Shown: positions 57,189 through 64,000 of the stretch, one piece after another
Layout: each line of letters begins with the position of its first letter
Numbering within the stretch: the stretch's first letter is position 1
NCBI GenBank assembly: GCA_016193315.1
Contig: JACPSJ010000001.1
Location: 791,478-855,477, forward strand
Length of the DNA: 64,000 nt
Reading direction: 5' to 3'
DNA from: Candidatus Kerfeldbacteria bacterium
Lineage (GTDB): Bacteria; Patescibacteriota; Patescibacteriia; SBBC01; CAIJZX01
Program-made: the position numbers and the translations under genes
Notes under the pieces: generated by a model
What the model saw: the letters and a program-made list of their open reading frames with translations, nothing else
What the model was told of the DNA's origin: nothing
Database searches by the model: none

Positions 57189-57322
57189 ACTCCATAATCC
57201 CGTTAGAAGCAGCCGAGAAAAATCAAAGACCAAAAGCTAATTCCCCGAATCCATCCGCTTCATCCACAATGCCACCACCCGGACCGATTCTACTGGGAAA
57301 CCTCTGACCACGGTCAACCTCT

Positions 57323-57673
57323 TCAAGCCATCGGGCCGAGCCGCCGGCCACCCAACAAATGAAGGTGGAGGTGATCGACCTCTTGACCACCGTGGCGACG
57401 GACATTAAATACCAGTCGGTAACCAGCCTCCGCTATCCCCTGCCCTTCGGCCAGTAGTTTCGCCCGCCAGAGCATCTGTCCGAGGAGACGCTGGTTGGCT
57501 TCGCTCATCGCGGCGATTGAGGTCACCACGTGGTCTTTCGGGATGATCAAGATGTGGGTTGGCGCTTTGGGGTGAATGTCCGGAAAAGCCAGCAACTCGT
57601 CGTCCTCATAGATTTTCGTCATCGGCAGCTGGCCGCTAGCCAAGCGGCAAAAAATGCAGTCTTGGTTACGCAT
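57323..57673 (-). CDS. histidine triad (HIT) nucleotide-binding protein
   Basis: DCIFC, AFPDIHPKAPTHILIIPK, GGQEVDHLHLHLLGG. Confidence 0.93.
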   Translation of the reverse strand: MRNQDCIFCRLASGQLPMTKIYEDDELLAFPDIHPKAPTHILIIPKDHVVTSIAAMSEANQRLLGQMLWRAKLLAEGQGIAEAGYRLVFNVRRHGGQEVDHLHLHLLGGRRLGPMA

Positions 57674-59054
57674 CGTCGGCCGTTGATTCGTCCGTCGAGT
57701 CGGCGACCTGGCGGGGGTCAAACCGTTCCGGTTTGACCAGCCCCGGCATGGGCTTGGTGCCGTTGGCCTTTGCTTTGGCCAGTCGCTTCTCCATCTCGAC
57801 CACCGCTTTCCCGTAGGCCACCACCTCTTGCATGCCGTTTTCCATGTCACGAATGAGGACGGTGTCGTCCATCAATTCTTTCTGGCCAATAATGAGCGTG
57901 TAGTGCGCGCCGAGTTTGCCGGCCACTTCCAGTTGCTGTTTTAAGCCGTCCTTGGTCATGCTTTCCGCCACCCGCAGGCCGGCTCGCCGCAAGTCCTCAA
58001 ACAACCGTAACATTTTCTTCCGCGCTGGTTCACCGAGCTGCGCCACGTACAGTTGGGGTGGTTCCGCTCGCGGCGGTTGAATCTGTCGCTCTTTCAGTTT
58101 CAGCAGCAGGCGATCGACGCCGCCGGCGAACCCGACGGCCGGGGTTGGTCGGCCACCGAGCTCTTCGACCAAGGTGTCATATCGACCGCCGCCGCCGAGG
58201 CTGGCCTGTCCGCTTTCATCATCAGTCGGCCAGAATTCCCACACCGTTCGACGATAGTAGTCGAGGCCGCGAACGAGACGGGGGTTCAAGACAAACGGAA
58301 TGTCGAGCTCATCGAGGTACTCAACCACCGCGGCGAAGTGCTGCTTAGAAGGTTCGTCGAGGTAGTCAAGGATTTGCGGCGCGCCGTCGAGCAGGGTGTG
58401 GAGGTGCGGATCGTGACTGTCTAGCAAACGGAGCGGGTTACGCTGCAGCTGTAGGCGCTGGTCCTCAGATAATTCTGATTTCCGCGTTTTGAACCAGGCT
58501 TGGAACGCTTTAATATACTGCTCGCGCACCGTCGGATCGCCGAGGCTGTTGAGCTGGAGTGACGTCTCCAAACCAAGGGTGCTGAAGAGGGCGCGGGCCA
58601 TCAGGATGAGCTGGCACTCCATTACCGGTTGTGGCGCCCCAAAGACTTCGAACCCGAACTGCCAAAACTGCCGGTACCGGCCGGACTGTGGCCGATCGTG
58701 GCGGAAGAAAGGACCAAAGTACCACAGCTTGACCGGCTGCGGCTGGTTGAGCATGCCGTGTTCGATGTAAGCCCGAACCACACCAGTCGTCCCCTCTGGC
58801 CGGAGGGCGACGCTTTCACCGTTCTTGTCGGGAAAACTGTACATTTCCTTCTGCACAATGTCCGTGGTCTCGCCGACCGACCGCGTAAAGAGGCTGGTCG
58901 ACTCGAGAATTGGCGTTTCAATTCGTTCGAAACTAAAATCGGTGGCCAAGCGCCGCAGCGTATCAAACAACCACCACCAATACGGCTGATCGAGTGGCAG
59001 GATATCTTTCATCCCGCGCAGGAGCTGAGGCGGAGCAGTTGGATCTTTCGACAT
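57666..59054 (-). CDS. hisS: histidine--tRNA ligase
   Basis: RGMKDILP, KEMYSF, LRPEGT, RPQSGRYRQF, LVRGLDYY, GGGRYD. Confidence 0.97.
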   Translation of the reverse strand: MSKDPTAPPQLLRGMKDILPLDQPYWWWLFDTLRRLATDFSFERIETPILESTSLFTRSVGETTDIVQKEMYSFPDKNGESVALRPEGTTGVVRAYIEHGMLNQPQPVKLWYFGPFFRHDRPQSGRYRQFWQFGFEVFGAPQPVMECQLILMARALFSTLGLETSLQLNSLGDPTVREQYIKAFQAWFKTRKSELSEDQRLQLQRNPLRLLDSHDPHLHTLLDGAPQILDYLDEPSKQHFAAVVEYLDELDIPFVLNPRLVRGLDYYRRTVWEFWPTDDESGQASLGGGGRYDTLVEELGGRPTPAVGFAGGVDRLLLKLKERQIQPPRAEPPQLYVAQLGEPARKKMLRLFEDLRRAGLRVAESMTKDGLKQQLEVAGKLGAHYTLIIGQKELMDDTVLIRDMENGMQEVVAYGKAVVEMEKRLAKAKANGTKPMPGLVKPERFDPRQVADSTDESTADDA

Positions 59055-59066
59055 CGTGACCGATCC

Positions 59067-59789
59067 TTAAGTCGCCGCGGGCGACGGTAACGGATAGGTC
59101 GGCGTCTGGAACGTTTGGGCGCGATAGATCGGCCAGGCCCGGACGGCTGTTCGGCCGACGATGGCCCGTCGCTCAATCGGACCGAACGTCCGTGAGTCGA
59201 GGCTGGCGGTCCGATTGTCGCCGAGGACGTAATATTCTTCCACCCCCAAAGTCACCTCGGTGTGCCCGGGCGTGAACGACCCGGACGACAGGTAGGCGGA
59301 CTCATCGAGCGCCTGCCCGTCCGGATGGACCGCATCGAAAACCGTGATTCGCCCGTCGGCAATCAGCAGTCGGTCAGCCGGCAAGCCAATAATCCGCTTG
59401 ATGAAGAACTCATCTGGTTGAAACGGGTTGCGGATGACGACTACGTCCCCCCGACGTGGGTCATGGAGCCGGTACGACAGTTGATCGACGATCAGGTATT
59501 CGTTGTTCCGAAAGGTCGGTTCCATCGACGCCCCCTTGACATAGAACGGTTGCAGCAGAAAAGCATGGATGGGTTTGATGATCAGCAGGGCAATGATGAT
59601 AATCTTGGCCACCTCGATCACAAAGCCGCCGAATGAACGACTAAAGCTCGGCAGGAATTCTGATTTCTTGGTTGACTCGGCTAGTTTCTGAAGGTTGGTG
59701 CGGTAGCCGCGAAAGGCACGGGGGTCACCGAGCGGATTGTCCTGAGCGCCGTGCGTTTCTTGTTCTTCTTCTTTCTTCCGGATAGGCAT
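59067..59789 (-). CDS. lepB: signal peptidase I
   Basis: V.G.SMEPT, RGDVVV, IKRIIGLP, GDNR..S.DSR.FG. Confidence 0.95.
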   Translation of the reverse strand: MPIRKKEEEQETHGAQDNPLGDPRAFRGYRTNLQKLAESTKKSEFLPSFSRSFGGFVIEVAKIIIIALLIIKPIHAFLLQPFYVKGASMEPTFRNNEYLIVDQLSYRLHDPRRGDVVVIRNPFQPDEFFIKRIIGLPADRLLIADGRITVFDAVHPDGQALDESAYLSSGSFTPGHTEVTLGVEEYYVLGDNRTASLDSRTFGPIERRAIVGRTAVRAWPIYRAQTFQTPTYPLPSPAAT

Positions 59790-59831
59790 GCGGATGGAAA
59801 CTTCTAGCCATGGTGTCGTTGATCTGCCCGC

Positions 59832-59908
59832 TGGTGGTCGCACCTGGACTCGGACCAGGGACCTTACGGATGTGAACCGTACGCTCTAACCAACTGAGCT
59901 ATGCGACC
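59832..59908 (-). tRNA. tRNA-Val(CAC)
   Basis: GGTCGCA..GCTC..GAGC..TACGG-TT-CAC-AT-CCGTA..CCTGG-TCCGAGT-CCAGG-TGCGACC-A-CCA, 77 nt, all four stems pair. Confidence 0.95.
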
Positions 59909-60812
59909 GCCGACAGGCGGGTATGCCCAGTGGCGGCGGACTGCTGACCGAACTTATCTGACTGCCCGCCACGCTCCGGTGGCAGCGACGATGGTGAGAA
60001 TAGACAGATCTAGAACTCATTTCAAAACCTGCTTTCAGGGCGAAATGGCAGATTTCGCGGGCGCGGCGCCGCGGCGGAGGGTGAAATGTATTGGAGATAC
60101 ATTGAACCCGAGCCGCCAGCCGGAGCCCGAAATCGGGCCTGGCAGCCGAACGCAGGTCTTCCCACATGATCGGCCAGGAGAACTTCGATTGCCCATGTTG
60201 ACGATCGCGGAACATGAGCGGAACTTCAACCATCCTGGCTAGCAACCGCTTCGCCTGCCACTTCATCTCGATCAGGCAGGCGTACCCGACTGTCTGCGCC
60301 GGTTGCGCCAATACCTGACGAAGTATCCCCGCCCGCCAAGCGCAGTAACCAGAGCTCCAGTCGTGGAGCTCTGGTCCGAGCAGCCGACGGAGGTACCAAT
60401 TGCCGACCAGGCTGATGACTTGCCGGTACCAAGGGATGCGGATGGCTCCGCCGGGCACGTAGCGCGAGGCTACCACCAGCTCGGTCGTGCCGAGCTGGTT
60501 GATCATCGCCGGGATCAATTCCGGATCATGCGATTGGTCAGCATCGAGATGGATGATCTTCGTCGCCCCACGGTCTAGGGCCAGCGACAGGCCCTGACGG
60601 TAGGCCGGACCAAGCCCTGTTTTCTCGGGTCGGTGGAGAACCGCCAGTCGCGGCCAGCGCGACCGTAGCGTCTCAGCCAGTTGTCCGGTGCCGTCGGGTG
60701 AATGATCGTCGACCACGAGCACAAAAAGATCGGGGTGCTGAAAAAGTTTTGTCACCATCGGTTCGAGATTTGGCCGCTCGTTGTACGTCGGCAGAACTAC
60801 CCAGGTCGGCAT
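59886..60812 (-). CDS. polyprenol monophosphomannose synthase-like GT2, with abnormal C-terminal extension
   Basis: PTYNE, VVDD.SPDGT, K.GLG.AY, DAD.SH.P, SRYVPGG, FRDR..G.SK; the tail after WEDL is repeat-derived. Confidence 0.88.
   Translation of the reverse strand: MPTWVVLPTYNERPNLEPMVTKLFQHPDLFVLVVDDHSPDGTGQLAETLRSRWPRLAVLHRPEKTGLGPAYRQGLSLALDRGATKIIHLDADQSHDPELIPAMINQLGTTELVVASRYVPGGAIRIPWYRQVISLVGNWYLRRLLGPELHDWSSGYCAWRAGILRQVLAQPAQTVGYACLIEMKWQAKRLLARMVEVPLMFRDRQHGQSKFSWPIMWEDLRSAARPDFGLRLAARVQCISNTFHPPPRRRAREICHFALKAGFEMSSRSVYSHHRRCHRSVAGSQISSVSSPPPLGIPACRRSHSSVG
60011..60160. repeat. palindromic element copy C (diverged relative of A/B)
   Basis: Begins TAGAACTCATTTCAAAA; stems ACCTGC/GCAGGT, GATTTCG/CGAAATC, GCGGC/GCCGC, GGGT/ACCC, AATGTAT/ATACATT. 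Confidence 0.75.
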
Positions 60813-60863
60813 TGGTCTCAACTCAGACTAACCTCAGGATCGGGGACTCAGTGCAGGATTTGA

Positions 60864-62255
60864 TCAGGAAGCGAGCGGCGGCGGGCTAGGCGCGGTCGGT
60901 GGCGGGCTGAACGGGCCGGTGGCCGCGTCGTGGCCGAGATTCTGATGAATCAGCTTTTCGGCCCGGCGAATTTCTTCCATTTCTCGTTGCAAGGCGGCGG
61001 CCTTCTTCCGCGCGTCCCGTTCCAGCGTCTCCAAGTCGCGGCGGAAGGTGGTTCGAATCCGCACCCGTCGCAAGACCCAGTAGCCGGTACTCGCCGCCAC
61101 CAGAACGCCCAGCCCGATAATCATGGCGTTGGCAACGGCAGGATTATTGAGTAAGGGGATCCGCGCCAGGAACGGTAAGGCGCCGGCGACGACCCGTAAT
61201 GTGACTGCCCCCTCAGTGGCATTACCGGCGCGGTCAACGGCTCGGACAATGAACGTGTATTTGCCGGCTGGATGCGGCTGAATGGTGTAGGGGCTGATGG
61301 CCTCGACGAACAGTGTGTCCCCGCCCCGACCATCGCCTGGTACCTCCTTGACTTCGTAATGATCCAGCCCGGAGGCGGCGTCACTGGTCAGGAAGCTGAG
61401 GAGAACCGTGTCTTCCTTGGTCGCCACCTCGTGATCGAGATGGGGAGAAAATTCGGCCGGCGGGCTAGTATCGATCCGGACGGTGTAGGTCGTCACCCCG
61501 CCCCAGATTTCGGCCTCGGCCCGGAGATGGAAGTACCAAATGCCGTCGGACTTCGTCTTGACCGTCGTCGCCGTGGAGGTGGTATCGACTTCTTCATCAG
61601 GTATGCCTTTCGGGTTTTGGTCGAAAGAAAAACTGTAACCGGTGATGCCGGACAGACCTTCCCAGGTGAACTGAATGCTTGGGTTATTGTACCACTGGTT
61701 GCTGTCCGGGTGGGATGGGCTGTTGACCACCGGGCCGGCTGGCGGCGGGTTCTTGAGGGTGTATTCGGCGCTGCTGGTGGCGGTCAGAATATTAGTCCCC
61801 TCGGCGTCATTGCGCAGCACCTGCGACGTCGGGGCGTACTTGATAATGGCCTTGCCAGCCGACTTGACACGGAAGGTAACGGTGCTGACAACGCCGGCGT
61901 TGGTTCGGATGCCGGGGTTCGGCAGGCCGCCTTGAAAACTGATGGTGCCGTCAGTGTTTGAGTAGGTCGGTGAGGTTACCCAGACGGTCACAAAGGAGGT
62001 GCTGGCCACCGGATTAACCACCTGGAGCTTGTCCGGCGGGAACAAAACGTCGGCGCTGATGGCGTTGACCGCATCACCGCCGGTATCGAGCACGAACGAC
62101 ACGTCGACCAGACTGCCGACTTCAAAGATACCAGAGCTGGGGGAGACTTTCAGGCTGGCCGCCGACTCTTGCGCCCACAAACGTACTGGCACCAGCCACC
62201 AGGCCAGGCCGAACACGGAGATGAACGAAATGGTGGCCCATGATCTTCTATCCAT
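60864..62255 (-). CDS. cohesin-domain surface protein with Ig-like domains and C-terminal TM/coiled coil
   Basis: ASLKVSPSSG..V.F.LDTGG..VNA....FPPDKLQV..F.GG.P..VL.ND.EGT; SHPD..WY; IDTSPP..F. Confidence 0.8.
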   Translation of the reverse strand: MDRRSWATISFISVFGLAWWLVPVRLWAQESAASLKVSPSSGIFEVGSLVDVSFVLDTGGDAVNAISADVLFPPDKLQVVNPVASTSFVTVWVTSPTYSNTDGTISFQGGLPNPGIRTNAGVVSTVTFRVKSAGKAIIKYAPTSQVLRNDAEGTNILTATSSAEYTLKNPPPAGPVVNSPSHPDSNQWYNNPSIQFTWEGLSGITGYSFSFDQNPKGIPDEEVDTTSTATTVKTKSDGIWYFHLRAEAEIWGGVTTYTVRIDTSPPAEFSPHLDHEVATKEDTVLLSFLTSDAASGLDHYEVKEVPGDGRGGDTLFVEAISPYTIQPHPAGKYTFIVRAVDRAGNATEGAVTLRVVAGALPFLARIPLLNNPAVANAMIIGLGVLVAASTGYWVLRRVRIRTTFRRDLETLERDARKKAAALQREMEEIRRAEKLIHQNLGHDAATGPFSPPPTAPSPPPLAS

Positions 62256-62300
62256 TGCCGTCACGGTACGAACGACTGTCAGTATACCAGGATTCCGTTC

Positions 62301-63527
62301 CTATGGCGACGAGCGCCGTGCGACGCGGACGATGAACCACCCGGCCGCGGCCATGATCGCGGCCAGTCCAGTTATCCAGATGGCTACCGAAAAAAATGCC
62401 GGGCCGCGCCGGGGCGGTAACCAGCTGGCCACCCGCATATTGCCCGCGCCGTCGACGGCGGTGATGGTAATCGTCTGGTCTTGCCACTCGGGTCGGATTC
62501 GGAGCGGACTCGCCACACGACCGGCCGGCTGACGGTTGACGGTCAGGAGCTGCGCCTCAACTCCGGACATTGCATCGGACACCTGCCAGGCCAGCACGGC
62601 CTGCTGGCCGACGGTGTCCGGATCGAGCAGCCGGAGACTGAAGGCTGTCGGTGGCGTACTGTCGAGGAGAAATCGACGCTGGGTTAAGTCAGTCCACAAC
62701 CCCCCGCTGGTGCGGCGCTTGATGGAAAAGTAGTAGACCCCATCCGCCAGGGCCGGGTACGATCGTTGCCCGATTTGAGATTCGGGGACGTCATCTGGGA
62801 CACCAGTCATATCGGAATCGAAGACATAACTGTACTCGGTTTCGGCGGCCACGGCCCAGTGCACTTCCACTGCCTGTCCGGTCGACCAGGTCCGTGGATC
62901 AGGATGAGTGGTCGACTCGAGCGGAATGCCGGTCACGAAATCACTGGCCAGGTCAAGTTCGAGCGGCGCCGAGCCGACGCTCAGTGGGCTGGCCGCTTCA
63001 TCGTGCCGATAGACTCGAGATCGGTCCAGGTCGAGCATGAAAACTACGTGGCCGCTCTGCCGCGCGCGAAAATACAGCGTCGCCACGGTCGCGTCGACGG
63101 CATAGATTCCCCCCGGACGACCGGCCACCAGCGTCATGGTGCCGACCGGATTGGTCCACTGCGGTTCCTCCGGCCAGAGGGTGAAGATTGATTGCTCGCG
63201 CCCCACCCGCAGGACTTCCAGGCTGTCGGCTGGGTAGGCGATGAACAGGTCGGCGGCATTAACACTCTGCCCTTGGCTGTTGAGACGAACTTCAACGGTG
63301 AACACCTGTCCGAGTTTGACCAGGCCGCGCGGACCGACGAGCTGGATCTCCGGCCGCGGCGCTTGGGCCGCGACTAACGGTGGCCAGAGGCCGATGACCA
63401 AGCCGGCCCCCACCACGAATGAGGAATATCGAGATATTTTACGGCCGCGGCGAAGCCCGGCAGCCCGAAATTCCGAGCCGCCGCGCCGGAATGGATTTTT
63501 AGGATGGGTTCTAATCAGTCGGTCCAT
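62301..63527 (-). CDS. cohesin-domain surface protein (paralog)
   Basis: GQVFTVEVRL..SVNA....YP.D.LEV..SIFTLW.E.P..GRPGG; THPD..WS; LDSTPP..F; C-terminal TM. Confidence 0.8.
   Translation of the reverse strand: MDRLIRTHPKNPFRRGGSEFRAAGLRRGRKISRYSSFVVGAGLVIGLWPPLVAAQAPRPEIQLVGPRGLVKLGQVFTVEVRLNSQGQSVNAADLFIAYPADSLEVLRVGREQSIFTLWPEEPQWTNPVGTMTLVAGRPGGIYAVDATVATLYFRARQSGHVVFMLDLDRSRVYRHDEAASPLSVGSAPLELDLASDFVTGIPLESTTHPDPRTWSTGQAVEVHWAVAAETEYSYVFDSDMTGVPDDVPESQIGQRSYPALADGVYYFSIKRRTSGGLWTDLTQRRFLLDSTPPTAFSLRLLDPDTVGQQAVLAWQVSDAMSGVEAQLLTVNRQPAGRVASPLRIRPEWQDQTITITAVDGAGNMRVASWLPPRRGPAFFSVAIWITGLAAIMAAAGWFIVRVARRSSP
63421..63513. repeat. palindromic element copy B (half element)
   Basis: 87/93 identical to 23194-23286 in inverted orientation. 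Confidence 0.9.
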
Positions 63528-64000
63528 TGGAAAAGCATAATGCTGAAATCAACAATCGCCACTCGACCATCCTGGTTAATGTCCGCTCGCGGATTCTCTG
63601 GGCTGGTGTCTTGCCAGAAGTACAGCAGGATGCTGAAGTCAGTGAGATCTACTCGTCCATCTCGGTTCAGGTCTGACGCGGCCAACTCGGCCGGTCGTCC
63701 ACCCGGGCTGACCGTCAGCGTGGCGGTCCGACTTGGTTTGGACTGACCGCCATCGGGGGCGACGGCCACCGCTACGAACGTGTGGCTGCCGACACCGAGG
63801 CTGGCGGTGTTGAGGGACATGGTCCAGTGCCCAAGATCGTTCGCCGCGGCCGTGAATTTCCTGGCCCCAGGGGCGGCGGTCACGGTTATCAGGCTGCGCG
63901 GTACGGTCCGGCCATTAACCGTGACCAACGCGCCGAGCCGCTTGGCCCCCTGATCCAGACTGATGGTCGGACCGAGGAATATTCCCGACACGAGGGTGGT
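63515..64000 (-). CDS. Ig-like + dockerin-domain protein, 5'-truncated by window edge
   Basis: Duplicated Ca-loop DLNRDGRVDLTDFSILL / DINQDGRVAIVDFSIML; frame open to the window end. Confidence 0.85.
   Translation of the reverse strand, partial: TTLVSGIFLGPTISLDQGAKRLGALVTVNGRTVPRSLITVTAAPGARKFTAAANDLGHWTMSLNTASLGVGSHTFVAVAVAPDGGQSKPSRTATLTVSPGGRPAELAASDLNRDGRVDLTDFSILLYFWQDTSPENPRADINQDGRVAIVDFSIMLFQWTD

Noticed and set aside
59810-59908. tRNA-Val as an integration site
   Set aside because: No duplicated tRNA 3' end was noticed, and housekeeping lepB follows immediately.
1-64000. CRISPR array, integrase, transposase or prophage genes
   Set aside because: No regularly spaced repeats and no such protein motifs were seen.

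Overview
Core-genome window of a small-genome bacterium with Patescibacteria (CPR) hallmarks, probably ABY1/Kerfeldbacteria-like. The lineage call is an inference from the PilM-PilN fusion, split ComEC, a VirB2-like pilin fused to a giant Ig protein, Asn-rich linkers and cohesin/dockerin proteins. Genetic code is 11. Almost all genes after 1.9 kb lie on the minus strand. In order: a type IV pilus/competence locus with a 2102-aa embedded adhesin; an orphan membrane-protein pair; split comEC; glmS; frameshifted prfB; a three-gene operon sharing one membrane helix; an L,D-transpeptidase; HtrA; a cobalamin-riboswitch-led uptake operon; a metzincin; cobO; nrdR-nrdJ with tandem NrdR boxes; three DUF2079 genes; ftsA-ftsZ; dgkA-ybeY; a 2055-aa dual-pilin surface protein; yqeY, rpsU, HIT, hisS, lepB; tRNA-Val(CAC); a GT2; and a cohesin-cohesin-dockerin cluster. 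Best leads: (1) an unannotated 36-aa peptide that is just the helix shared by its two downstream genes, a possible new filament or membrane complex; (2) a family of palindromic elements that supply protein termini, including the C-terminus of RF2; (3) a compact B12 scavenging-activation-RNR module with two apparent pseudoenzymes. All calls come from motif recognition by eye; no searches were run.
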